The notes under the pieces: generated by a model | Seen by the model: the letters and a program-made list of their open reading frames with translations, nothing else | What the model was told of the DNA's origin: nothing | The model's database searches: none | Assembly (NCBI GenBank): GCA_048940925.1 | Contig: JBHLOC010000059.1 | Location: 1 to 24,880, forward strand | From: Promethearchaeota archaeon | GTDB lineage: Archaea; Asgardarchaeota; Lokiarchaeia; Sigyniarchaeales; SOKP01 | DNA length: 24,880 bases | Reading direction: 5' to 3' | Position numbers and translations under genes: made by a program | Part shown: piece by piece, positions 8,544-17,665 of the stretch | Layout: each line of letters opens with the position of its first letter | How positions within the stretch are numbered: position 1 is the first letter of the stretch

Positions 8544-9233
8544 TTACTCAATATTTGCGCCACAATTAGGGCAGATCTTTTTATTCTTTTCTATTTTAGC
8601 ACCACAGGCAAAACAAATCATTCTTTTTCCATCCTCAGGTCGTTCAAATTCAAATCTCTCTTGATTTGACAAGAAATCTTGTTTAGGTATTTGTTCTTGT
8701 TTTTGATTTGAAATTTTTGATTTTTCTATTTGATTAAGTCTTTTTTGAATAATTTCTTTATCGTGGGGTGTAATAATTGTAAAATCTTCTGAAGCTTTAA
8801 TTTCTTTAAATCCTTCCGGAATATTTTCAAATTCCGTATCTTCACCAACTTTTCTACCAATTGGATCAACATTTTCTTCTGGTTTTTTTATTTGGACTTC
8901 TTTCTCATCTGAAATGGTATTTAATTCTTCCACTTTCTCACCACTTGAAGAATTAAGCTGTGATGTTTCTTCAGTTTCAATTTCTTCTATAAATTCCATT
9001 TCATCAGATTTTTCCCCTTTTAATTGTCTAATATGTTCAAAAATTCCCTTTGTTCTATTAATAAGCATATTTCTAAATGAAACTTCTAAATTCTTTGATT
9101 TAGAGAGATTAAGAGTCATTTCTGAAATTTCAAGCCAAATTTTAACAGCGTCTTCAATCTGATTACGACTTTCTAAAACTCTTGCCATTGTAATTTTCTT
9201 TCCTAATTCTTTATTAAATTTTGTAATATCCAT
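8544..9233 (-). CDS. MIT-like helical domain + acidic linker + C-terminal C4 zinc ribbon
   Basis: N-terminal 'ARVLESRNQIEDAVKIWLEISE...RNMLINRTKGIFEHIRQLK' matches the MIT three-helix pattern. C-terminal CFAC-x10-CPNC. Confidence 0.65.
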   Translation of the reverse strand: MDITKFNKELGKKITMARVLESRNQIEDAVKIWLEISEMTLNLSKSKNLEVSFRNMLINRTKGIFEHIRQLKGEKSDEMEFIEEIETEETSQLNSSSGEKVEELNTISDEKEVQIKKPEENVDPIGRKVGEDTEFENIPEGFKEIKASEDFTIITPHDKEIIQKRLNQIEKSKISNQKQEQIPKQDFLSNQERFEFERPEDGKRMICFACGAKIEKNKKICPNCGANIE

Positions 9234-9403
9234 TAATGACTCAATTCATACTTCTTTAAAATTCAAGATTAACAAATAAATGCTGACTATTAAATATTTA
9301 TTAGAGTTCAACCTAAAAATTAAAATGTCCAAACACTACTATTTTTTTAAGATTAAAGTAGATTATCATTTCTGACCCTTCAAAGTATCAAAAGAAAATC
9401 AAT

Positions 9404-11293
9404 ATGTCGCTAAACCCATTTTCATCAAATGAAATAACAAATTTAAGAGAGTTTATTGAAAGAAATGGTTGGAAAATAGAGGGATTTATAGAAAATTACT
9501 TTCGATATAGTCTAAAAAAGGAGAAAATAATTATATTTACTATAAAGTTTCCTGTATTACTTCCAATTAGAATAAATATCCCTTTTGAGGTCGTAAGTTT
9601 TCGAGTTGCTTTAGCTTTTCAGATATGGAATTTAGATCAAAATATTTATAATTATATCCTTTATTTTATGAAAGCTCTAAGAAATTTGGCATTATCTTTA
9701 GATCTTGAACATCATTTTCCAATTCAAGGAAAAGAACAGAACCTCCTAAACTTATTAAAAATATTATTGCCTGAACTTATAAAAGATGAAAATGAGAGTA
9801 CTTGGCTAAATCGGATAAGAATTTCATTAATGAATAAACGAGATAAGTTTAATAAGTTTTCATCGGATATTCTTGAGAGAATTGTTCAGTCATTAAGAAG
9901 AACCGGACTTAAACCTAGTTTTAAAGTACCATGGGAATTAAAACAAGGAGTTCCTAAAATTAGAACCTCTGAAACTCTGCTTTTTTCAATCAATGACAAT
10001 ATTGAGGAATTCTTCATTTTAGAGAAAGGTTATTTCACATATTTAAAAGACATTAATTATCAGAAATTGCATATAAGAAGCCTTTTTGACACATATTCTC
10101 CATATCTCTTAAATCAGTTATTTAATGATGTTCCAGATTTTAAATTAGAAATATTAGTCGAAAATTGGGTAAAATTTTCCAGAATAATCTTAAAATCTGT
10201 CATAGAAATCATTGAAAATGGGAACATCAATTTGAATGAGTTTATCAACTTCAGGTTAACAAAAGAATTAAGTTTCTATAGTAAAAACTTTATTTTAGAC
10301 AATAATAATTTTCCCTATTCAGCACTCTGTTATGAAAGTTCAATTGCCAAAGAAACTTTTTCTATTCGTAATAACCTTTTTAATAAACCACCCACTAATT
10401 TTGAAGTTATTGAATCTATAAATGAATATACAAATGCTGAAGAACTGATGAATAATTATCGATTTGAAGAAGCGACTAATTTATTAAACGAAGCTCTAAA
10501 AGTATTTAATAAGAATCAACAAAAAAAAGCGGTGGTATCAATCCTTCTGAAACTAAATAAAATCGCGACGCTGTTAAATAAAGAAGAAATTGCATTAAAT
10601 TATCTAGAAAATGCTCTCGGAATAGCTAAATCAGGAGAAATCCCTATAGATATTATTATTAAGATACATTATAAATTGGGTAAATCTTATTTTAAAGGAA
10701 AAGAATTTGAGAACGCACTAAATCATTTTAATGTGATTATAAATTTTTTAGAACAGGAGAAAATTCCATTCAAGAAAGAAGAATATTTAGGATTAACATA
10801 TCTTTATAGTGGATTAATCTGTTTAGAACAAAAAAAAATTGTTGATGCCAAAAATAATTTTAAAAAAACAGTCCAAATAGGAAATAACTCAATAAAAACA
10901 AGATTAAAATATTTTCTCCTTCGTGCTAAATATTTTAAGAATCAAGGTAACTTATCACAAACCCAAAAATTTTTAAGATTTGGCATAAATTCCATTGGGC
11001 TTGAGTTCAATAATGAACCTTATAAGAATATCTTAATCGATCTAGTCCTTGAATTAGCTGAATTTTACATCCATTATAGAAAAGATTCGAAAAAGGCAAT
11101 ATATCTATTAAAAACCGTGGAAAATCACTTTTTTCCCAAAGAAATTAGAGATATACGGAGAGCCATACGTTGGAATTTACTAATGAGTGATTATTATAAT
11201 TCAGTTACAGAAGATCGTAAAAATTCTCAATTTTATTTAAAACAAAGTCAAAAATTAAAAATTCAGCTTCAAACAATAGGAGTAAATGAATAA
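9404..11293 (+). CDS. TPR-repeat-containing protein
   Basis: 629 aa. The C-terminal half has TPR-like repeats ('IHYKLGKSYFKGKEFENALNHFNVII', 'TYLYSGLICLEQKKIVDAKNNFKKTV'). Confidence 0.75.
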   Translation: MSLNPFSSNEITNLREFIERNGWKIEGFIENYFRYSLKKEKIIIFTIKFPVLLPIRINIPFEVVSFRVALAFQIWNLDQNIYNYILYFMKALRNLALSLDLEHHFPIQGKEQNLLNLLKILLPELIKDENESTWLNRIRISLMNKRDKFNKFSSDILERIVQSLRRTGLKPSFKVPWELKQGVPKIRTSETLLFSINDNIEEFFILEKGYFTYLKDINYQKLHIRSLFDTYSPYLLNQLFNDVPDFKLEILVENWVKFSRIILKSVIEIIENGNINLNEFINFRLTKELSFYSKNFILDNNNFPYSALCYESSIAKETFSIRNNLFNKPPTNFEVIESINEYTNAEELMNNYRFEEATNLLNEALKVFNKNQQKKAVVSILLKLNKIATLLNKEEIALNYLENALGIAKSGEIPIDIIIKIHYKLGKSYFKGKEFENALNHFNVIINFLEQEKIPFKKEEYLGLTYLYSGLICLEQKKIVDAKNNFKKTVQIGNNSIKTRLKYFLLRAKYFKNQGNLSQTQKFLRFGINSIGLEFNNEPYKNILIDLVLELAEFYIHYRKDSKKAIYLLKTVENHFFPKEIRDIRRAIRWNLLMSDYYNSVTEDRKNSQFYLKQSQKLKIQLQTIGVNE

Positions 11294-11316
11294 GAAAGGG
11301 ACGAAGATTTGTTTAT

Positions 11317-11520
11317 TTATCTTGAATATTGAGATCTTTTAGCTCCAAGACTATCTTGCTGTCCTCCAAAACGACCACTAACAATTCTAGCTAAATATAA
11401 TTCTCTAAACCGCACTCTTGGAGGTTTTTTCTTCTGGGCATTAACTCCTGTTCTTTCAATTTTAGGAGTTTGCATCTTTACTTTTCCCGCTTTGGTTAAT
11501 GAACCATGTGAACCAGGCAA
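11317..11520 (-). CDS. rps30e: 30S ribosomal protein S30e (eS30)
   Basis: 'SHGSLTKAGKVKMQTPKI' is the S30e signature. TTG start. Confidence 0.93.
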   Translation of the reverse strand: MPGSHGSLTKAGKVKMQTPKIERTGVNAQKKKPPRVRFRELYLARIVSGRFGGQQDSLGAKRSQYSR

Positions 11521-11657
11521 CTTATAACAAACCTTTCTAAAAATTAATATATTATTTAATTAAACGGTTAATCACTATTAAATTTAATTGTTAAAGTAAT
11601 ACACATAACTTCTTTACCCCCTATTATTTAACAATAACGTGATTAGTATTATATATA

Positions 11658-11846
11658 TTATTCTCTTTTTTGCTTTTTTTTCCTGTCCTTTTTCTCTCCT
11701 GCTTCTTCTATTTTCTTGTCTAATTTCACTGGTTTAGACTCATCAAATGCTGTATTGCAAACCCAACATGCATTCTCTAAATTGCTTAAAGCTTCAGAAC
11801 AGGTGATACAATACATAGCATCGCAGGTTGGACAAGTATACATCAC
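11658..11846 (-). CDS. Small Cys-rich zinc-finger protein, possibly a truncated remnant of a longer gene
   Basis: CPTC...YCITC...CWVC (three CxxC pairs). The in-frame upstream codons read QKLICNKRTLSR after a TAA, suggesting a decayed first Cys pair. Confidence 0.5.
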   Translation of the reverse strand: MMYTCPTCDAMYCITCSEALSNLENACWVCNTAFDESKPVKLDKKIEEAGEKKDRKKKQKRE

Positions 11847-11978
11847 TCTTGATAAAGTTCTTTTATTGCATATTAATTTTTGTTATTTTACTCCATTCTT
11901 AAAGATCGGACTCCATTTTTTTATTAAATCTATAGTTTTTTTATTAAAGTATATTAGATATAAATTCCCTTAGAAAAA

Positions 11979-12137
11979 ATGTCTGAAAAAAATTCAATTA
12001 AAGAAGATATAGATAATACTAAACAAGAAGAAACAAAAATACTTTACGGAGATAGCAATAAAGTCTGTTTTGCATGTGGTCAAAGACTAGATAAGGATTT
12101 AGAATTCTGTCCTTACTGTAAAACACCTATCAAATGA
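11979..12137 (+). CDS. Small (52 aa) zinc-ribbon protein absent from the ORF track
   Basis: MSEKNSIKEDIDNTKQEETKILYGDSNKVCFACGQRLDKDLEFCPYCKTPIK-stop, containing CFAC-x10-CPYC. Confidence 0.75.
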   Translation: MSEKNSIKEDIDNTKQEETKILYGDSNKVCFACGQRLDKDLEFCPYCKTPIK

Positions 12138-12448
12138 CTATTCTGAGAATTATAACTGTTTTTTTCATTCTTTGCTTTAAATTTAAAAATAAAAGATAAC
12201 TCAACCAAGAGTACTGAATAAGTGAGAATATTTATAAAATATATCAATAAATCTTCATTATAATAAGCCACTCTTAAAAGATATACCAAAAATGACCAAA
12301 GTAAATTCAGTGGAATAATATATAGAGCAGATTTTTGAAAAAGTGGTTCTTTTTTTCTCCAAATTAAATAAATATCAACAATTTCAAGAATTTTGTGAAT
12401 ATAATCATAAAATAAGAACAAGATAAAAAATTCATAAATAACAATCAT
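12113..12448 (-). pseudogene. Possible fragment of a decayed membrane-protein gene
   Basis: Hydrophobic 111-aa ORF preceded by an in-frame TAA (12452-54) and more hydrophobic-looking codons upstream. It could instead be an AT-rich artefact. Confidence 0.3.
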
Positions 12449-12840
12449 TCCTTAAGGAATAATTGAATATATTAGGAAATTAGTGATACATGAATTATCA
12501 CAATAAAAGAACCAGGCGATTGAAAGTGAAAAATATCTTTTACTAAAAATGAATTAAAATTATATTAGCTTCAGGATCTCTACGTTGCTTAACCCTATAT
12601 AAAGATCTATCCAATAATTGCCATGAAAATGAGATTATAAATTAAAAAATTAATGATATTATCATTGCAAATGAAATCTGAATGATTCTGATTGTCTTGA
12701 TATTTATTTTTAAATATAATATATTTAATTTACTCAATTGAGTTACTTATTTTTCTATTTTAATATTTAGAGTAAATAATAAAGCCTAAAATAATAGAAT
12801 TGTTTTATCTAATATTATATAACAAAATGGTGATATAAAA

Positions 12841-13461
12841 ATTTCAGAAAAAAAAAGGATTATTTTCAATAAGAATATCCATCAACGAAAATCAGTATAC
12901 CTTACTGAGCCAAGAGTACCACCAGTAGAGGAAGAAGATTGGGATGAAGATACTCGAAAATTGATTGAAGGATGGCAAAAGATGAATAATAATGCTCCAC
13001 CTCTAAACATTATGAAAACATTAGGTAATTATTCAAAATTATATAATCGATGGCGTGTTTTTGGTAACCATATTCTCTACAAAAGTTCTCTACCACTCCG
13101 AGAAAAAGAAATCCTTATTCTACGTATTGGATGGCTCTGTAATGCCGAGTATGAATGGGCTCAACATTCAGAAATCGGTAAACGCGCAAGTCTCACAGAG
13201 GAGGAAATATTGCGGATAAGAGAAGGTCCAGATGCAGAAGGCTGGAGTTCTTTTGATGCCCTATTGCTTCGTGCTGTAGATGAATTATATGTTGATTCCT
13301 TCATAAGTGACAATACTTGGAATGAACTAGCAAAAACATACGATACCCACAAACTCATGGATCTGATTTTTACTGTGGGTCAATACAATTTAGTTTCAAT
13401 GGTACTTAACTCCCTTGGATTACAACTTGAGGAAGGTATGAAAGGCTTTCCAAAGTCTTAA
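12841..13461 (+). CDS. Carboxymuconolactone decarboxylase (CMD/AhpD-like) family protein; start uncertain, probably a non-AUG codon upstream of the track's TTG at 12961
   Basis: 'LPLREKEILILRIGWLCNAEYEWAQH' and 'LMDLIFTVGQYNLVS' are CMD-family motifs. The family-like 'PRVPPVEEEDWDE' lies in frame upstream of 12961. GGTGAT at 12829-34 precedes ATA (12835) and ATT (12841). Confidence 0.8.
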   Translation: MSEKKRIIFNKNIHQRKSVYLTEPRVPPVEEEDWDEDTRKLIEGWQKMNNNAPPLNIMKTLGNYSKLYNRWRVFGNHILYKSSLPLREKEILILRIGWLCNAEYEWAQHSEIGKRASLTEEEILRIREGPDAEGWSSFDALLLRAVDELYVDSFISDNTWNELAKTYDTHKLMDLIFTVGQYNLVSMVLNSLGLQLEEGMKGFPKS

Positions 13462-13579
13462 ATTTAGAATTCTAAATCTATAATTATTATTGCTTTTAAT
13501 TGTTAATTAACCTCAAATATCATGATTAATTAAAAAAGATATAAATTTCACAAATTCTTTTATGATTTAAATAACACAA

Positions 13580-13743
13580 GGGGACTTAGTGTAGGTTTTT
13601 TAGCAAAATCGCTTAAAAAGCTCAACCCGGTAGCACGACAGGCTCCAGATCCTATATGCAAACTTGTTCGTGCGGACACCTGTTAATCGGGGGTTCAAAA
13701 GGATTCGCAGGTCGCGTGTTCTGGATAAATCCCTCAGTCCCCA
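13580..13743 (+). tRNA. trnW: tRNA-Trp(CCA) with three introns (approx. 13595-13625 in the D-loop, 13649-13677 at 37/38, 13699-13728 in the T-loop)
   Basis: The spliced 74-nt cloverleaf reads GGGGACT-TA-GTGT-AGCCCGGTA-GCAC-G-ACAGG-CTCCAGA-CCTGT-TAATC-GGGGG-TTCAAAT-CCCTC-AGTCCCC-A, and all four stems pair. Anticodon CCA at 13645-47. No encoded 3' CCA tail. Confidence 0.9.
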
Positions 13744-13830
13744 TTTCTTTAATCCTCAATTTTGAGTTAAATTCTCTATCTTAAGATATAATAATAACCT
13801 CTTTACTTTCTGGGGTCTTTTTCCCTCTTT

Positions 13831-13860
13831 AAAGGGAAATTCAGCGTCTGATTTCAATGA
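13831..13860 (+). repeat. 30-bp direct repeat, copy 1 (downstream of the GNAT gene)
   Basis: AAAGGGAAATTCAGCGTCTGATTTCAATGA; 28/30 identical to 14752-14781. Confidence 0.85.
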
Positions 13861-13887
13861 AAATTTATTGAAAATTTTAGATAAGGT

Positions 13888-14670
13888 TTACAATCTCTCA
13901 TAAGTATAATGAGTATTGCATATTGAAAATCCTAATTTCTTGTATGTATGGATAGCAGGAGCATTAGCCATCCTTACAGTAATAAAACATTGTTCTTTAT
14001 CTTGAAATAATTCTTTCAAGGTCGATGAGATTAGCGAACTAGCATAGCCTCGGTTCCAGCAATCTGGATGAGTCCCAACGACTGCTATATATCCAATACT
14101 TTCATATTTCCATAACCCAACAATGCAAATCAAATCTTTCTTCTTCATTATACCATACCATATATTATTTTCATCAATCAAGATATCCTCTGGATTGCGT
14201 AAACCCCAGAAAATAGGATCAGCAATTCTCATTAATGAAGTTATCTCTTCTCTATAAGATTCATTTAGTTTTTGGAATTTATATTTCTCAAAATCCTTTT
14301 GATCTCCTTTTTCTAAACCCATACGATACAACGCAATCTCTTTTTTATAATCTGGAAAGAATTTTGAGATCAATTTCTTATGGTTATCAAATCCAGTAAT
14401 AGATATCGGGTTATAACTTTTACCATTTAATAAAAATTCAAGACTCACAGCTGTTCCTCTCAATTGAATTCTGCGATTTTTCCAGATTAAAACCATTCCT
14501 TGTACTTTTTCTTCATTATCTAACGCCATATAGATTTCAGTACTTTCTGGATATTGAGCATAGTCAACATGAAAAAAAAAGTATTCAGCAAAGTTATTTT
14601 TGATATAATCATAGAAAAAGGCTTCATTATTAGATGTTACTTGAATTGACCTTAATCGATCATGCATCAT
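13888..14670 (-). CDS. GNAT family N-acetyltransferase (FR47-like C-terminal domain)
   Basis: Acetyl-CoA motif 'VGTHPDCWNRGYASSLI' and 'NAPAIHTYKKLGF'. Confidence 0.88.
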   Translation of the reverse strand: MMHDRLRSIQVTSNNEAFFYDYIKNNFAEYFFFHVDYAQYPESTEIYMALDNEEKVQGMVLIWKNRRIQLRGTAVSLEFLLNGKSYNPISITGFDNHKKLISKFFPDYKKEIALYRMGLEKGDQKDFEKYKFQKLNESYREEITSLMRIADPIFWGLRNPEDILIDENNIWYGIMKKKDLICIVGLWKYESIGYIAVVGTHPDCWNRGYASSLISSTLKELFQDKEQCFITVRMANAPAIHTYKKLGFSICNTHYTYERL

Positions 14671-14751
14671 AGAATAACCTAATTATTTTTAAACAATAAA
14701 AATTTCGATCAAAGAATGGTTTGAATTGAAATTAAATGAAAATTAGGATGG

Positions 14752-14781
14752 AAAGGTAAATTCAGCGTCTAATTTCAATGA
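14752..14781 (+). repeat. 30-bp direct repeat, copy 2 (upstream of the GNAT gene)
   Basis: AAAGGTAAATTCAGCGTCTAATTTCAATGA; 28/30 identical to 13831-13860. Confidence 0.85.
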
Positions 14782-14964
14782 GAGTCCAAATTATAAATTA
14801 TAGAAATCAATTTATAGATTCAATTTTATTATACAAGGCTTGTTAATTTATAGATAGATTAGAGATTATAATTCAAAAAATATCCAAAAATATTTATTAG
14901 TTATAAATTTAAATTATAATCTGTTTGCCTATAAATCATATCTATGTAAATTATATTGAATGTA

Positions 14965-16887
14965 TTAGATATTTTTCAATCTTTCTCGTTCTTTTTGCCT
15001 TTTTTTTTCAATTTTTTTCTTTTGCTTTTCTCTTTTTTTTTGCTTTTTTGCTTCTTTTTCCCTTCGTTTTCTTTCTCGTTTCAACCTTTTAATTTCTAAT
15101 TTTTCTTTTTCAATAGCTTCTTGTTCTTCTCTTTCCTTTTTTATACGTTCCCTTTCTAATCTGACTTTTTCTAGTCTTTCACGCTCAATTTTTTCTAATC
15201 GTTCTTTCTCTGCTTGTTCTTGCATTAGTCTTTCTCTCTCTTTTCGTTCTCTTTCTATACGTTCTCTTTCCTGCTTTTCTCTTTCCCTTCTTTCCCTTTC
15301 CAATCTCTCCTTTTCTTCCCTTTTTCTCCTTTCTTCCTCTAAGCGAATCCTTTCTAATCTTTCTTTTTCTTTTCTCTCTTCTTCTTCGATTTCAAAAAAC
15401 CATGAATCTATTTTTTGAATTAATTCCTGTTTTTCTTTTAGTGGCAATCCTAGACTTGGTTCTTTTTTCACGTAAATATTTGCATATTTACTCATTTCCC
15501 AAATTTTTGCCTGATGTGTCGTTGTAGCACTTACTCCTATCTGTCTCATGCTCTCCCTAGCGATTTCAAAAGCTTGTCCAATAGATCGCATCTCAAAATT
15601 TCCTTCAATAACCTTTTTTAAATATGTTAGAATTTGTTTGATATCAGCTATAGGTGGATTGGGTAAGGATTTAAACTCAACCTTTTCAGATTTTAATGTT
15701 TCTAACTCAAATTTTTCTTGTTTATATTCAGGTAACGCTGCGATTTTAACTTCAGGACTTTGAGTTTCATTTTGTTGAAGATAAACGGGTTGTTCTACCC
15801 TTTTGGGAGGAACTAAGGGTTCCTTTTTTGCTTTTCTCTTAAATTGTATCGGCCAACTGGCAAACGCATATAGTCGATCTTTTGCAGAATCAAAAATTAT
15901 ATGTTTAGATGACTTCTTAGTGGTTGATTCTCTTAGTTTGGGAGAAATTTGGGCAACACCAGAGCTTAACATTGATGATGCTTTTTCTAATATTGAAGAT
16001 GGATACATTGGATCAAACTCTAGATTAGAATAAATATTTTTCAAGGAATTGATATTACCTTCAATTATACTTAGATTCACTTGAGAAAGTGTTTCCTGTA
16101 AAACTTGATCAGCCCCAAAGTTAATCCCATTTAGTCCTGCTGCTGACTTCAAATATGAATTATCTTGTTTGTTTCTCATCTTATCAGAAACTAAAATCTG
16201 ATTATAAAAATCCCAATGAGTACTCAATAGCATATGACCATCTTTAGCAATTCGATAGGAATCATCATTGCGGATTGTTTCCATCATCTCTAAAAATATA
16301 TCCTTATAGGGTATGAATATATTTCTCATTAAAGCACCTTTTATGAAAGTTTTATGATCCTCTGATTTAAAAGATAAATCGATTGGAACTTTAATCACTT
16401 TTTCAGCAATTATTACTTCTTGATCATCTTCTAAAGTAACATTTGCTGACGTAGCCATATGGTCATAAGCAAAATCAGATAGTATTAATCCGGTTAAAAT
16501 TCTGTGGTCAGTAATATATTTACCAGATTCTAATTCAAATTTTATGAAATAGTACCCTAAGCCAAAAAGGTAATAAAGAGTCCCTCGTTCAATCTCAATG
16601 GAATAGTCATAGCCTGTGAAGAAGATAACTGGATCTGAAATAATACTTGATACCTGATGATGAGCATACATTCCTAAGGAGGGATAACCTAACAAGGCGC
16701 CCCAACTGGGTATCATAAAAAGTGAATTGCTTGGAAATAATTTATTCTCCAATTTTTGTTTTTCAATTCTTTCTTTTTCAAGACGTTCTTTTTCAAGTCG
16801 TTCTCTTTCTAACTTCTCTTTTTCCAATTTTTCCTTATCAAGTCTTTCTTCTTCTGATTGTTCTTCGTCTATTTTCTCCATTCCCAT
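14965..16887 (-). CDS. Hypothetical protein with a globular core flanked by E/R/K-rich charged helical regions
   Basis: 640 aa. N-terminal (EKERL)n-like repeats and a ~140-aa C-terminal E/R/K tract. Confidence 0.8.
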   Translation of the reverse strand: MGMEKIDEEQSEEERLDKEKLEKEKLERERLEKERLEKERIEKQKLENKLFPSNSLFMIPSWGALLGYPSLGMYAHHQVSSIISDPVIFFTGYDYSIEIERGTLYYLFGLGYYFIKFELESGKYITDHRILTGLILSDFAYDHMATSANVTLEDDQEVIIAEKVIKVPIDLSFKSEDHKTFIKGALMRNIFIPYKDIFLEMMETIRNDDSYRIAKDGHMLLSTHWDFYNQILVSDKMRNKQDNSYLKSAAGLNGINFGADQVLQETLSQVNLSIIEGNINSLKNIYSNLEFDPMYPSSILEKASSMLSSGVAQISPKLRESTTKKSSKHIIFDSAKDRLYAFASWPIQFKRKAKKEPLVPPKRVEQPVYLQQNETQSPEVKIAALPEYKQEKFELETLKSEKVEFKSLPNPPIADIKQILTYLKKVIEGNFEMRSIGQAFEIARESMRQIGVSATTTHQAKIWEMSKYANIYVKKEPSLGLPLKEKQELIQKIDSWFFEIEEEERKEKERLERIRLEEERRKREEKERLERERREREKQERERIERERKERERLMQEQAEKERLEKIERERLEKVRLERERIKKEREEQEAIEKEKLEIKRLKRERKRREKEAKKQKKREKQKKKIEKKRQKERERLKNI

Positions 16888-17147
16888 AATCTTAACTCGA
16901 AATACTTTTTATCATTTTGAAAAAAAAAATTTCTTACATATTAATAGTAATAACTGCTAATTAATCATTTTCTCTTCACTTTCTGATATTTAAATTCCTT
17001 TATTATCTATTAATAAATAATTCAGTTAGGATCTAGAATAATTTTTTTCTCGCTATTTAAAGAAAAAGATATAGATTTAATGATAAAATTAATATGAATA
17101 ACTAACAATAATCTAATTTAGAATTGAAGTAGTTTAAGGTTCTAATA

Positions 17148-17525
17148 ATGTATCGAATTGAAAAGGTAGGTGAGCACCATTTCTATATAAAAGCAATAGG
17201 TACTTTCCCTCCTTCGGTCGCAGAAAATTTCATAAAAGATTTTGAAGAAAAATTAAAGGGTGTAAGAAATTTTTCTGTAATCGTTGATGGTTTAGATGTG
17301 ATTTTGCTCAATCTCAAATCTTTCGAAATTATTTTAGAATTTCTTAGAAAAAATAATGAAAAGTTAATTAGATCTGCTTACATTATTTCCAAAAATCCAC
17401 CTCTAAAGAAAGAATTTCAAATATTATTAGATAGAGCAGAATCACCTAAAAGGAAAATTGTTAAAAATCTAGAGAAAGCTAAAAAATGGATTGGAGTTTC
17501 AAAGGTTATAATAGAAAAAGACTAG
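17148..17525 (+). CDS. SpoIIAA/STAS-SEC14-like small alpha/beta protein
   Basis: Pattern 'FSVIVDG...RSAYIIS...KIVKNLEKAKKWI'; the terminal 'EEAxxWL'-type motif is typical of SpoIIAA-like proteins. Confidence 0.55.
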   Translation: MYRIEKVGEHHFYIKAIGTFPPSVAENFIKDFEEKLKGVRNFSVIVDGLDVILLNLKSFEIILEFLRKNNEKLIRSAYIISKNPPLKKEFQILLDRAESPKRKIVKNLEKAKKWIGVSKVIIEKD

Positions 17526-17665
17526 CTATCTTATATTTTGTTCAATTTTTAACTATCTTCTTGTGTAATAGCAGTGAAAAATGTAAGTAAAGAATCCTAT
17601 AGCAAAATTTTTTATTATTTTTGCGTTAGAATTCATTCTTAACTCACTGAATTAAACAGACTTAT

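Noticed and set aside
13580-13743. Possible tRNA-Sec, given the nearby selD genes
   Set aside because: The anticodon is CCA rather than TCA, with a 7-bp acceptor stem and short variable loop. It is tRNA-Trp.
13831-14781. 30-bp repeats containing ATTGAAA (reverse strand) as a CRISPR array or canonical integron attC sites
   Set aside because: There are only two copies separated by a whole gene, no spacer-sized intervals, no cas genes, and no clear RYYYAAC...GTTRRRY pair.
14968-15390. Long T/C-rich tract on the + strand as a DNA repeat or terminator array
   Set aside because: It is fully explained by the GAA/AGA/AAA codons of the E/R/K tract on the minus strand.
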